Below, in pieces: positions 1 through 13,428 of a stretch of 64,000 bases of DNA. The notes under the pieces were generated by a model. That model was not told the DNA's origin and did no database searches. It saw only the letters and a list, made by a program, of their open reading frames with translations. The stretch is taken from the NCBI GenBank assembly GCA_951406725.2, contig OX597823.1, positions 113,026,001 to 113,090,000 of the forward strand, written 5' to 3'. Made by a program: the position numbers and the translations under genes. Position 1 is the stretch's first letter. The number at the start of each line of letters is the position of its first letter. This stretch comes from Octopus vulgaris (taxonomy: Eukaryota).

Positions 1-1149
1 CGGCGTGCTAACAATTCTGCCAGCTCGCCACCTTATATCAATTAATATTACGAACTCCATATTGCACAGATGGTTGCTGGGACTAACCTACGCATACAAT
101 ATGGACTATTACGTGTACTCTTTATGTGGACATATACACATAATACAGCTGCTCTGTGAACACACAAAAACCTGATCAATGACTGTACTGATGCTCACAT
201 ATCCACACAAACACTCATACCCATGTATCAATCGGTTGTCCTATATTTTTTTAACACGTACGCATATTCACTCACCAACCTGGTAATAAACTGACTGAAG
301 CTGACTGAAGGCATCAACAATAGAGAGCAACAGAAGCTACACTCCTCGAAACGTACAAACACATGCTAGAACTCACAATGGCCAAAATAATCACTGACTA
401 CAAACCCTACTTTATTGCCCCGCCAGCAGAATTGCAAGCAATCTGACCTGATACAGGTTTAGTGCATGCACACAAAGATATGTGCACAACAGATGGCACA
501 CTCACTCTTACTAGCCTTCCCATACTATCTTACCACCAGTCTGTAATATATACATGTACACAAACACAAAAATGATATGACAAATTAAAGCTTACAATAT
601 TAGACAGTAAATGTGCGATACACTTTTATAAAAATATATTTTTGTCCCTCATTCAGTATTTTCATTTAGCATATCTTTTTATTGCTTCTCGTACACAGGT
701 GCGCGCGCACACACACACACGTGCATAAACCAAACATAGACCAAAGTACTTCTATTAGTTGAAACCATACCATACTGTCAGGCACAGTACTAATATTCTA
801 TTGTAGCTGATATGAGTGTGCTTTTCGTGGAAATATTATATTATGTTGATAGGGAGATGAAGCATCTCTTGCCTAGGTTCAAGAATGCTTGTGAGTACTG
901 ATTAAACCTAGTGGATAAATTGGAGTGGGATAAACAAAATTATAGCACAAAGAGAAAACACTGAAAATGGGACGAGTTAGAAAAGTGCAAGAATGATTCA
1001 TGTGATTTAAAATGAGAGGAAAGATGTCCAAGAAAGATATCTGTCGTTAAGAAAACATGTAAAAAAGAATGTAGGAACGAAAATGTGAATATATATATAT
1101 AGACAGAGATTTTAATACTGTTTTTGTTTATCTCTGTATATTTTTAATA

Positions 1150-2011
1150 CTAGCTGACGTACCTGGTACTTCCTGGGAAAGCGGGACTTATCCCTTGGTT
1201 TCGTTCTCATAACTGTTTTGCTAATCCAATAACAACAATACGAAGTATGTAACTCTTAAAACGGTTTTTGTGCATTTACAGAGAATACCAAACTGTCTTA
1301 CATATGATCTTGTTTTTAGGAATTCCCAGTAAGTTAAGAATATTCAAATTGTAAAGAAGTCAGTTATGTAATAACATGAAATTAGTTACCCGATACTAAG
1401 AATTCAAATAAAGTAGCCCCGAAAAGAGTTTTATTGCGTTCCCAGAGAATATAGAACCTAGGAAGAAATACTAATAAGGTATGTATACTAAAATCATGAA
1501 GCATGCTACGTAATAACACGCTAATCAGATATGAGATATTATCTCATTCAAAGTAAATAACTCTGAAAAGAGCTTTTGTGCGTTCCCAGAGAATATTACC
1601 CTCAGTGGCACTAATGTTGGTATATTCGTGAATAAGTCACTAACCGAAATAATTGGATCTATTGTTTCGGAAGATACTATTTATTGTTTAAGGGCTGTAC
1701 TGGATAAATTGCGAAATTAACTCTAACAGTTCAAATACTAAGAAAAAAACATACTCAATTTGATTTATACCAAATGATTTAGGAAAATGAATGGGTTATT
1801 TCCCTTGGCTGTTAAAATGAAAAATATTAAATATATAAGGGTCCCTTCCAGGGGCCCTATTATAGATTTTTGCAACAAATCTGAGTATGCCATGAGACTT
1901 CCAAACATGAGTTCTACTCACGTGTCAAGGTTCGATAAAACGATGTAGGAGGAGTTAGCTAACAACTCCACAAACACACCCACAGGCAGAATTCCCCACA
2001 TTTGTAGTAGA
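1150..2011 (-). mobile_element. Non-autonomous Helitron-like element
   Basis: Minus strand starts TC and ends with an imperfect hairpin (cccaggaagtaccagg) plus CTAG, sitting between A and T. Internal ~45-bp direct repeats at ~1411 and ~1550. Confidence 0.55.
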
Positions 2012-2061
2012 TATTTGTGCACTTGGTATACAGATTGATTTCGTTTTCAATCATATGATAT

Positions 2062-2262
2062 AGGGTTTGAAATCCTGGATAAGGACCCGGAATTTCGTGG
2101 GAGGGTGTGATTCGAATATATCGAGCCTAGCTTTTAACTGATGTATATTTCATCAAACCTGGAAGGATAAAACGCAAAGTCAGCCCTAGCAGAATTTGAA
2201 CTCAGAACGTAAAGACGGATGAAATACTACTAAGCGTTTTGCTCGGCGTGCTAGCGATTCTG
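2062..2262 (-). mobile_element. tRNA-derived SINE family A, diverged copy
   Basis: Reverse-complement match to the 3637-3870 unit (B-box gagttcaaattc; gactttgc...tccttccag...gat). Confidence 0.75.
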
Positions 2263-3636
2263 GATGTGCTCAGAATTGTGTGGCTTCATTGTTTTTATGT
2301 TTGTTTTTTTATTTTTGAATGTTATTCAAGATCTATTTCCCCACTGCTTCTTTTGCACTTATTTCTGAATCTAAATTAATTAGTAATTAAATCGTATCTG
2401 ATTAATCTAATTGTCGTATCATTACACACGTATTTTCCCCCGTTCCATTACACATAAATCTGCACTCCTTTGGTATTATACATTTGTCCTATTATTCTGA
2501 CTCTCTAGTAACCTCTGTACACATCTCCACTTAATTTTCTATCTCTGTTTTCATTCGGAGGCAATAATCTCACCTTTATATTCTCTCATAACTGACTCAC
2601 GATTCTTATCTAATTCTATTGTATTGCCTACTAGTATTTCTTAGTAGTAACAAATATAATCTAGAGTTGTGTATTCTCTCGTGAACTCTACATAATTAAG
2701 ATTAGTAACTTTTCAAAACTGTAACTTTATCAAAAATAGCTTAATGCTGTTTTTCTTTTCTAACACTTAACTATATGTACTTTCTAATCTAAATGACTTT
2801 ATCAGTGACAACTCTACATTTGATCGCCATTTCATTTTTTCAACACGTTTTATCTCTAACAGTTTCTTTATCTTAAGCTATTTTTTTAAACGTGTTCTAA
2901 TTTGCTTTACACGTAAATAATCGTCTGCAGTAGTTCATACAATCACACATCTTATAAGTTTACATGTTACCTGCAGATGTTGCTTCATTTCTTATCTCAC
3001 TTATGCATGAATATTTTTTGCATAAAAATTATAGATTCCTTCTTTCCTCCATTTCATTTTGTTTTTCGCGTTTCTAAGCTGACTTTCTCTGCATTAAAAA
3101 TGCGAAAATAAATTTACTTTGATTTGTTATTATTTATTCATTGAATTTTATCTCACTGTCATACGGAATTAGTATTTTATATAATTATGCAACGATTTTG
3201 CTTACGCTTCTGTCGATAGTTAACATCAAAGAGCAAAATATTTATACGCTAGCTTTTGTTTCATATGCACCGTTTCATTTATTTCACTCATATTGTCTAT
3301 CTAGAGATAGGATTTCTAAACTAGAATACACGCACGCACACACACACATATATGTATGTGTGTGTGTGTAATTTTATATATACATTAGTATTTGAATTTA
3401 ATAGAAATAACCGTCCCGTCATGTTTTATTTCTTTTCATAAGATATAGCGTCTTGAATTTTGCAGTCATTTCCTTATTATTTCTCTTCGCTTCATATATG
3501 TTATTCATTTTTATAATTCCCTATTTTAATTCCTTCTGAGTATCCTTCTGCCCGTTTTAATTGAATAGTTCATAAATATTACAAAAATGTTTATATAAAA
3601 TGTAGGTATAAATGGTAACAAGAATTTCGCCACAAA

Positions 3637-4055
3637 GGCGGTGAGCTGGCAGAAACGTTAGCACGCCGGGCGAAATGCGTAGCCGTATTTCGTCTGCCGT
3701 TACGTTCTGATTTCGAATTCCTCCGAGGTCGACTTTGCCTTTCATCCTTTCGGGGTCGATTAAATAAGTACCAGTTATGCACAGGGGTTGATGTAATCGA
3801 CTTAATCCGTTTGTCTGTCCTTGTTTGTCCTCTCTGTGTTTAGCCCCTTGTGGGTAGTAAAGAAATAGGTATTTCGTCTGTCGTTACGTTCTTAGTTCAA
3901 ATTCCACCGAAGTCGACTTTGCCTTTCATCCTTTCAGGGTCGATAAATTAAGTACCAGTTACGCACTGGGGTCGATGTAATCGACTTAATCCGTTTGTCT
4001 GTCCTTGTTTGTCCCCTCTATGTTTAGCCCCTTGTGGGCAATAACGAAATACGAA
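3637..4055 (+). mobile_element. tRNA-derived SINE family A, full copy plus tandem 5'-truncated second unit
   Basis: ggcggtgagctggcagaaacgttagc head, B-box, and central gtcgactttgcctttcatcctttcggggtcga...aagtacca (Meta-domain-like). The body repeats from ~3868. Confidence 0.9.
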
Positions 4056-4561
4056 ATTTCGCCATAAGTTATGAGAAAAGTGCATTGTGCTACACAAGAA
4101 AATATTAAATACTATAATGTAAATGGAGCTGGATTTTAGAAATACTTAAAAGCTGAAATGTAAAACTTGAAAATGAATGTTATTCTAATCAAAATGAATA
4201 AATGACTAAGTGTTTATTATTTAATGTTTCATATCGAAATTACGAGTTGCGAATTTCGATGACCTCAGATTGGTAACAGAAAGACTTTTACATTTACAAA
4301 ATAAATTCTACATCATGTATCGTGTATTTTCGTTTTACTTTTACACACACGTAAAAGCATAAACGCATGACGAAGGAAGCACATGTATACATGCATGTAT
4401 GTCTGCATGCATACATACATTGCATAAGCTACATGAAAAATAACGGAAGAAGCCATTTAATGCATATAATTTTCATAGAAAATAATATATTATTTTACAT
4501 TCAACATGTAGCGATTTGTCGTACCCACATGCTGTAGACGCTTAAAATGAATGAAGATTCT

Positions 4562-4781
4562 TTTATTCTTTTCTTTTACTTGTTTCAGTCATTTGACTGC
4601 GGCCATGCTGGAGCACCGCCTTTAATCGAGCAACACGACCCCGGGACTTATTCTTTTTGCAAGCCCAGTACTTATTCTATCGGGCTCTTTTGCCGAACCG
4701 CTAAGTGACCGGGACGTATACACACCAGCATCAGTTGTCAAGCAATGCTAGGGGGACAAACACAGACACACAAACACACAC

Positions 4782-4816
<35 letters not shown>

Positions 4817-4973
4817 ACGGGCTTCTTTCAGTTTCCGTCTACCAAATCCACTCACAAGGCTTTGGTCGGCCCGAGGCTATAGCAGAAGACACTTGCCCAA
4901 GGTGCCACGCAGTGGGACTGAACCCGGAACCGTGTGGTTGGTAAACAAGCTACTTACCGCACAGCTACTCCTG
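4562..4973 (-). mobile_element. tRNA-derived SINE family B
   Basis: Minus strand reads ggagtagctgtgcggtaagtagc...gggttcagtccc (A/B boxes), internal (TA)n, and 3' ggtgctccagcatggccgcagtcaaatgactgaaacaagtaaaag. Near-identical to 43075-43478. Confidence 0.9.
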
Positions 4974-5399
4974 GATAATATTCAGCTTCAATTATCTATT
5001 GCTGTTATTCAAATTGTTAAGAAGTTTCCTCAATTTGAAATATCGACATATATAAGGTGAATTAGTCCATTGTTTTATATAAAATAATAACACATTGTAC
5101 TTCTACGATTTCTTCAGTTATTCATATATAAATAAACAGACACGCATATATACACGCAAATAAACACAGACACACACACTCTTACACACTCACAGACACA
5201 CACAGACTCAACCCATATATGTACGTATTTATATATTTATATCTCTCTAGTTATCTATATCTTTACATATGCACACACACATACATATATATATGTATAT
5301 ATATACACACACACACACCACACACCACACGCATATATATATATACAGAGAGAGAGATATGCAGATATGTATGCATGTATATATGTATGTAGACATATA

Positions 5400-5533
5400 C
5401 GTGTGTTTAAACAAGACTTGTATTTTCGCGTACGTACGTTTACAGACACATTTTAGACAAACTTAGATGCATATTCGTGTATGCCTTGGCGTTTGGAAAA
5501 AGTGATATTTAGAGAAACAAAGGAAGAGCGAGA

Positions 5534-5589
<56 letters not shown>

Positions 5590-5970
5590 GTTAAAACTGA
5601 AAGTAAGAAATATAAAACAGATGGGTGAAATGAAGATAAGACGTAAGTATAATGTACTTGAATGACACAACTCAGGTGTATGAAATTAAAATAAAATAAG
5701 CTTTTCAAATTACCTTTAAACAGTGATGGCACCTACCATTTCCCATTTACAGTTCCTTTAAAATATGTGCCAGTTATCATCATTACATTTGGTTTTCCAA
5801 GAAATGTGAACAATCTTCAATATCGTATGATATGATTTAGAACTTAGTAGTGTTGTAATTGGGCAAAATATTTTCAACGGCACAAAAACTTCTACACATA
5901 CAAAGACACAAGCACATGTGTAAGCAGAGGTCTATGTATCTATATACACAGGCAAACACTCGCGCACACA
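5400..5970. repeat. Diverged direct duplication, copy 1 (copy 2 at ~12175-12770)
   Basis: Shared gtatgaaattaaaataaaataagctt...aaattacctttaaa...taccatttcccatttac...tttaaaatatgtgccagttatcat. Confidence 0.85.
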
Positions 5971-6006
5971 CACATATATGTTTACCTGTGTGTATGAATG
6001 ATTAAA

Positions 6007-6047
<41 letters not shown>

Positions 6048-6110
6048 TTAATCATTTCCTCTATTTACATAATATTGAGGTCTCTTTCTTTTGTTATCTT
6101 ACCGTTTTTA

Positions 6111-6150
<40 letters not shown>

Positions 6151-6178
6151 CATAGACACATGCATATATATATTATTT

Positions 6179-6210
<32 letters not shown>

Positions 6211-6506
6211 GTATGGATCTGTACAGATATGTCCATGTATGTATATATATATATATGTATGCATGTGTATGTGTATGTGGATGTATGTGTATACGTCTAT
6301 GTGAATTACTATATATATATATGTGTATGTTTATATGTAGGTTTGTATATCTATGTGTATATATTGGTTGTATGATTTGATTTTGATTTTTCCAGTTTCA
6401 GCTAATGAGCTGTGGCCATGCTGGGGCACCGCCATTTATATTTATATATATTTATACTTCTATATATTTTGTTGTTTGTACACATCTAAGTATCTATATA
6501 TATAAA

Positions 6507-6890
6507 CTAGCAGTATCGCCCGGCGTTGCTCGGGTTTGTAAGGGAAATAACTATAGAAGCATTTTTAGAGAGTTATAGCCAAAAAATAGCAAAAAAATGC
6601 ATTAAAAATGGAAAAAAAATGATGGTAAATTTTTTAAAAATCGTTTACTCATCGTAGACATTTTTAGAGAGTTACTTCTCTTATATAATAGCGAAAAAAT
6701 GCATTAAAATGGAAAAATTGATGGTAATTTTTTTTTAAATCGTAGACGCGCGCTAATACCCAGAAGGGCTCGATATGAATCACGACTATAAGATATCCGG
6801 TTTTGGTTAAACTGCACCGCAAAATGTGGGAGTAGTTAGGAATCTAAATCGTAGGAGACAGACACACAACCTTACTTTTATATATAAAGA
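6507..6890 (-). mobile_element. Non-autonomous Helitron
   Basis: 5' TC (TCtttatatataaaag), 3' hairpin cccgagcaacgccggg followed by CTAG, inserted between A and T with no TSD. Sister copy at 26483-26877. Confidence 0.85.
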
Positions 6891-7543
6891 TGTAAAAATC
6901 TGTGTATAAGTACGTTTCTCACCCCCTCTCTCACATTTCTTTGCCTTTCTTACTTTGCTCTTCACTGTCCGTGTTTCTTTTTTCTCGCCAATCCTTGATT
7001 CTTCGTTCTTCTCGCTCTCTTTCTTCTCTCCCTCCTTAATTCCTCGTTCCTCTTTTTCTCTCTCTTCCTTTCTCACGTGACCGCTGGCTGACGAGTAGCC
7101 CTTTTGCGTCGGACCACGGGTACGGTAATATCGTTGTTTTAGTCTGCCGTAAGGCTTAATTCTCACTCAATACGTCAGCTGAATTCAATTCGTCTCCAGT
7201 CGAAAGACGCCTGTTGTTATATCCTGTTATTATTATTATTATTATTATTGTTTTTTTGTATTTACATTCGTATTATATATATATTTTTTTGTATTTATAT
7301 TCGTGTAACATCGTCCGTTTTTCTGTCCATGTTTCGTACACATTCGATCCTTTTTTCCGAAGAATATAATGCTCTTAGCTTAGTTTTCTTTGGGGCTGGC
7401 CAGATTGGAGCAATCTCAAGATTAATCAGCCGAAATTGCGAGGATGATCCGGTTCTTGACTGAAGATAAAAGGGTTCGAATGACCCGTCCGTGTTTTTTG
7501 AATCGTCAATTTGGAGGTTTTACGTTCTTGTCCCAATTGTATT

Positions 7544-7594
<51 letters not shown>

Positions 7595-7701
7595 TACACA
7601 CACACACACACACAAAACACACATATATATATATGTATGTATTTGTATGTTTGTGTCTATGTATATATATATATATATATGTGAATATGTGAATATATGT
7701 C

Positions 7702-7732
<31 letters not shown>

Positions 7733-7979
7733 ATGTATATCTTTAAGTTTTATCATCTTAATCTATATAATATGGAATTTGGAAACTTAATTTGTAGTGA
7801 ATTAATTCAAATATTTTGAATGTTTCTAGTGCTAATCCATGTCGTTAATGTAAAATACATCATTATATTAGTAATTTAAATTTAATTATATATTACAAAT
7901 AAGACTTCTTCTTTATACTAAATAATTATGTTTAAAGATATTATTTTAATTTAGTAATTAATTAATTGATTGATTAATT

Positions 7980-8044
<65 letters not shown>

Positions 8045-8225
8045 TAATAATAATAACAATAATAGTAATAAGATGAAGAAGAAGAAGGAGAAGAAGAAGA
8101 AGAAGAAGAAGGAGAAGAAGAAGAAGGAGAAGAAGAAGAAGAAGAAGAAGAAGGAGACGAAGAAGAAGAAGAAGAAGAAGAAAGAAAGAAGGAGAAGGAG
8201 AGAAGAAGAAGAAGAAGAATAAGAT

Positions 8226-8256
<31 letters not shown>

Positions 8257-8302
8257 AAGAAGAAGAAGAAGAAGAAGAAGAAGAAGAAGAATGATAATAA
8301 TA
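7980..8302. repeat. Compound (TAA)n/(GAA)n microsatellite
   Basis: Direct reading. Confidence 0.95.
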
Positions 8303-9027
8303 AATCAGAAGTTGTTTTTGACTTACTAACTTATTTTAATAGCCAAAATGATAATTATTATAGTATCGCATAATTTAATTTATAACTTGTAAACTTATTA
8401 CAACAATAGAATATTGTTACTTCTGAAATAATTAATATACTATTTAGAGTCATTTATCTGAAAATTGATATTAATTGAATTTATCGAGGATCAGTACTTA
8501 AAACTTGTCCTTATTTTAAAATCTTCCTATAGTTTATTTACTGGGTTCTCCATTCCATAATATACGAATACAGAGATATATACTTGTTAAATTAATCCTT
8601 ATTTAAGTTACTTCAAATCTGGTTACTTCTGAAAAACTAGTAATATTTTGATATCCATTATTACAGCTTAACTCTATATCTATGGGGCAATATAGCTTGT
8701 AGTTATTGTAGCTCTAAGTTTATCTTCATATTTATTACGAAATTCTCCCTCCGATTAATTAAGTAAAGAACATTTTTGTTAGGTTTCTCTCTATATTTAT
8801 TACGGAATTGTCCCTCCAATAGACTAAATACACAAAGAACATTGTTTGTTAGTTACTTTGAACAAAACGTTTTTATACAATCAGTCTTAAATAAGAGAAT
8901 GGTTGTTATATATCACCAATATAATAGCATATTATTATTAACATTTATTAACACGTTCTATTACAGTCTCTAGATTCAGTATACCCTGATACTTAATTTA
9001 TCTATCTATCTGTCTATCAATCTATCA

Positions 9028-9065
<38 letters not shown>

Positions 9066-9227
9066 GTGTGTGTGATTGTGTATAGAAGAATATATTAATA
9101 AAAAGAATTCCAACCTTGTCTGATTTTCACGTTTTATTTACAATCTTATAATGATATATTATAAGATAATATATTATAATTGAATAAAATAAAATGAAAT
9201 AGTAGAATGTTAAATATTCATTCTGAT

Positions 9228-9272
9228 TGAACTAGTACTTTCATGCATTGAATTCTGCAATCTTCGGGTTCA
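9228..9272 (-). ncRNA. Minimal type-I hammerhead ribozyme (U4C core variant)
   Basis: tgaac CCGAAGA ttgca-gaattcaa-tgcat GAAA gtac TA gttca: stems I and II pair and stem III is palindromic. Confidence 0.7.
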
Positions 9273-9334
9273 TGTAGTAGTGTTGACAGTCATGCTTCAC
9301 AATTTTTGACTGTAGCAAGATGAGTGATTCTGTG

Positions 9335-9449
9335 CTATAAATACAGCTGGGTAGGCTCCAGAGTGCTAGGTTTTGCAAACTGTATTCTGACCAATCAGTG
9401 TGTAGTATCACTCAATTACTTAAGCTGATTGGTTGGTTGAGCTGATTGG
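9335..9449 (-). promoter_or_regulatory. Candidate PLE pLTR Pol II promoter (3 CCAAT boxes + TATTTATA)
   Basis: CCAAT(CAG) at 9391, 9428 and 9445. TATTTATAG on the minus strand at 9343-9335, upstream of the HHR. Confidence 0.35.
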
Positions 9450-9766
9450 TTTAGGCATCACGCTTTGTTGGACAGGTCAAGAGTCCTGTATCTTAACCCT
9501 GGCCGAAGCAGCAATTGTTGGGTTATTTTTAGAAATGTTGTAAATATCCTTTGTCAGAGATTTTTATATTTTTATATTTCAATTGTCATCATCATCATTG
9601 TCAGCACCTTAATTATTGTTGCTAGTGGTGATGGTGGTGGCAATAGAACTTTTCACCCTAAATAAGATAATTTTCCTGCTATCTTCGTCTTGATCACCTT
9701 TAGTATTGTTGTTGTTGTTAGTGGTCATGGTCGTAGCAGTGGAAGTAATACCTCTAAGTATTATTA

Positions 9767-11430
9767 TTATTGCTTATTTAGCTTGGGTTCGAATTTATCA
9801 ATAAAATTCTTTTCTCTGATTTTCCTCTCGATTTCACTTGGGCTGTGTAATTTGTAGAATGGAAATATTATATATATTTTCCGACCACATGTTGCTAGGT
9901 GGTTACTCAAAGGTATCTGACGGACCTCTGGGTCTCTAATCTGTTGCCGGTGTACACGTGAGCGTTCTAATAGTGCGTTTCCCGTCTGACCTACATATAT
10001 TTCTTCACAATTTGGGCATTTGATGCAGTAAATTAAATTTCTGCTTTTGCAGTTCATATTCGCGTTTGTGAATATTTTCCCGGTTTTTGTGTTTATATAT
10101 TGACCGGTATGTATGAATTGGCATGTGCCACATCGGCTATCATTGCATTTAGATACCGTGAATGTTTGGTCTTTGTTGCTGAGGTCAAATTTTGCCTTTG
10201 TTAGTAATGTTTTCAAGTTTTTAGGCTGTCTTTTACTAAGCACCATAGCTCGATCCTTGATTATGTCTTTTAATTCATTACTTTGGGCAATGATTGGTAG
10301 GTTTGCTTTGGCAATGTTGAAGATATTCTGGTGACATGGGTTGTGTGTCACTATGAATGGTATGACTTGTTCTTGTTTTCCTCTTCCTTGGGTTGTCCTA
10401 AGTTGTTGTATAGGTATTTTTATAGCCCGCTGTATGCCATTTTCTATAAGTAGAGATGGGTATTTTTGTTTGAGCAAAAATTCTCTTAGTTCTATTAGGC
10501 GTTTGTTCCTGATATTTGCATCTTCTACAATAGTACAAATTCTTCTGGCTAGGCAGTATGGGATGTTACGTTTTGTATGTGGTGGATGGCACGACTTAAA
10601 ATTTAGGTATTGATGTGTGTCTGTGTGTTTATAGTATATATCTGTGGTGATGGTGGTGTCTTTTTAATTACCATTATATCCAGGAATGGTAATTTGGTAC
10701 TACTCATCTCCTTTGTAAATTTGAGAGATGGGTGTAGGTTGTTCAGGAGGATATTGAACTCTTCCAGAGTATTTAGAGATTCTGTCCAGATTATGAAACA
10801 GTCGTCTAGGTATCTCTTCCATGCCTTTTCAATATACTTTCTAAATCCAGTGCCATAGTTTACCTCCACCTCTTGGTAGAGTTGTTCTTCTAAGTATCCC
10901 ATTACAGAGTTGGCGTAAACGGGAGCAAACCTCGTTCCCATCGCCGTGCCTCTAATTTGGATGTAATTCTTTCCATTGAAGAAGAATGTGTTATTTTCTA
11001 GAATAAGTTTGACTGTGTCTAATATAAATGGCACTGTGAATCTGCTGGGAATCACTTCTCTATGTTTTTCTAACCAGTATTTAATCGCCTTTATTCCTAA
11101 ATCGTGTGGAATATTGGTGTAGAGGCTTACCACATCAAAACTTAGTAAAACTGAATTTGTTTCTGTTGTTTTGGGAAGATGGGACAGGAAGTCGATGTCA
11201 TCCCTGATGAAACTTGGTATGTAAGTACATAGTGGTTTCAAAACAATGTCAATAAAATTGCTTAGACGGTGTGTAGGGCATGCTGGACCAGCTATAATAG
11301 GTCTAAGTTTTAGGTCTTTTGGATGTAATAATTTTATGTACTCACTTTCTTGTTCTTTTACTGCCTGTTGAATGTTTTTTGATTTGTGTATTTTTGGTAA
11401 GCCGTAGAAGTTGCTGGGTTTTGGTTCAAA
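9767..11430 (-). pseudogene. PLE polyprotein: reverse transcriptase + GIY-YIG endonuclease (one frameshift at 10661-10665)
   Basis: Motifs FYGLPKIHK...LRPIIAGP, SFDVVSLYTNIP, QIRGTAMG, RYLDD, LPFLD, then DIYYKHTDTHQYL...SCHPPHTKRNIPY after the frameshift, CNDSRCGTC linker and LIYCIKCPNCEEIYVGQT...E...KLN. Confidence 0.95.
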
Positions 11431-11497
11431 ATATATATATATATATATATATACATATATATATGTATATATATTATATTATATTATATATATATTA

Positions 11498-11548
<51 letters not shown>

Positions 11549-11681
11549 GATGGAGAGAGAGAGAGAGAGAAAGAGAGATACATAGATAGATAGCTGCAAG
11601 TTATAGAAAAGAAAAAGACGAAGTCAGGTGTAAGAGCAACAAGCAGATGTATTAGCTTGACGCTCGGGAAAGTGAAAAAGT

Positions 11682-11717
11682 CTTTTACATTTCAAGCCTA
11701 CGCTCTTCAACAGAAAG
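11682..11717 (-). ncRNA. Degenerate minimal hammerhead-like motif in a probable PLE-derived repeat
   Basis: cttt CTGTTGA a-gagc-gtag-gctt GAAA tg TA aaag; A6 is mutated. Confidence 0.45.
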
Positions 11718-12174
11718 GAATAAGAGAAAATAAACAGAGAGAGCATTTTTTAAAAATGTTGATTTACCGGTCAATCATGGTGACTAATGAGAAAAAAGTT
11801 TGAAAGAAGAGGTTGAAAGAAGGGGAGATAATAAAGTATGGTGATCTCCAAATGAAGGTGTGCGTACGTATGTGTGTGTGGTGTGGATAGGGGCTAGGGA
11901 CTTTGATATGTGTGGGTGTGTGCGTGTGCAGGTGTGCGCATCTATAACGTATGGTTGCTCATATAGTCGTATGTGTGGTGATGCTTTTGAAGATTGTGTG
12001 TGGGTGTGTTAATGATGGTGTGTGGTGTGGGTGCTGGAAAGTGGTCAGTGCTAGTGTGTATGCGTGTGTGTGTGTGCGGCTGTAACGTCTGGCCGCTCAT
12101 ATCAATATATATATATACACACATACATATATACATGGATGTATTTATGCATGTGTATATTAATGAACACATAC

Positions 12175-12301
12175 AAGCGTTTGAGTAAGGTTGTATTTCC
12201 GTGCGTGTAGACATAAATAGATGCGCCCACGTTTATTCCTTGACGTTCGGAGAAAGCAAGAAATACAGGAACAAAGGAAAAAGAGGGAGAAAGACTGGGA
12301 G

Positions 12302-12336
<35 letters not shown>

Positions 12337-12770
12337 AAGAGTGAGTTAAAGAGAGAGAAACGAGGGAGACAGGAGAGTGAAAATAAAGATAAGACGTAAG
12401 CAAAATGTACTTAAATGACAGCTAATATGTATGAAATTAAAATAAAATAAGCTTCTTAAATTACCTTTAAAACAACGATGCCATCTACCATTTCCCATTT
12501 ACCGTTTCTTTAAAATATGTGCCAGTTATCATTGTTATATTTGTTTTTCAAAGAGATGCGAACAATCTTTAATATCGTATAATATGATTTAAAACTAGCT
12601 AGTATTGAAATTCGTGTAAAATATCTGACGTAATATATTATATACTTCAACAATACACACCTATGTACACATACAAACACACATATACGTGCATAAGTAG
12701 ACATGTATATAATATATATGTGTCTCTGGATGTTGAAAAATCTGCATACACACGCGCACACGCACACGCA
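12175..12770. repeat. Diverged direct duplication, copy 2 (copy 1 at ~5400-5970)
   Basis: Colinear similarity including the (GA)n tract and the ttacctttaaa motif. Confidence 0.85.
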
Positions 12771-13097
12771 TTAATATATATATATATACACCTTATATAT
12801 ATTACATATACATACATTATATAAAGGTAAATAACATTGCATGACTATGTAGATATTAGTATCGGGGCAAATTCTTAAGGTACCGAGGTGGCAGAATGAT
12901 TAGCAGGTAGGAAAATATATCTAGTGTTATGTATTCAGGTTGTTTACTTTCCTAGTTGCGGTTTGTGAAACATCAAAAAATATTAAAGTATAAATCTAGA
13001 TTCATACGTGGTAGTACACGGCATACTATACAAGCTCGCCTTTTACTGAAGTATCGCAGCATGGAACATTTTGTGGTTCACATTTAAGTCATGTATC

Positions 13098-13098
13098 C

Positions 13099-13182
<84 letters not shown>

Positions 13183-13205
13183 GTCTGTCTGTCTGTCTGT
13201 ATGTA

Positions 13206-13235
<30 letters not shown>
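13098..13235. repeat. (TATC)n/(TGTC)n microsatellite
   Basis: Direct reading. Confidence 0.95.
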
Positions 13236-13236
<1 letters not shown>

Positions 13237-13428
13237 ATCTCAGTATATGTGTGTGCTTGTGTGTGTGTTTGTGTGTATGTGTGTATGTGTGTTTGCGTAT
13301 GGTATGAGAACCTTTGGTATCCAGAAGACGCAAAATGGCAAGTAAGGCTATTTAAGTGCTACGGAAGGACAACAGTTAGACTCCCGGTTCGATAATAGTA
13401 CGAGTGCTGGTCGTGTGTGAGAATGTAT

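Larger units (their letters stand above)
9064..11430 (-). mobile_element. Penelope-like retroelement, 5'-truncated, bounded by (TA)n
   Basis: RT and GIY-YIG ORF followed by a ~700-bp 3' region containing a hammerhead. (TA)n tracts lie at both ends. Confidence 0.93.

Noticed and set aside
7080-7545. GC-richer block with partial ctgacga/ctgaaga/gaaa motifs
   Set aside because: Probably an unclassified repeat. No complete ribozyme fold or coding signature could be assembled.
9560-9766. SECIS element or selenoprotein recoding in the PLE (reported for some Naiad elements)
   Set aside because: No in-frame TGA in the retained ORF and no convincing AUGA...AA...GA stem after the stop.
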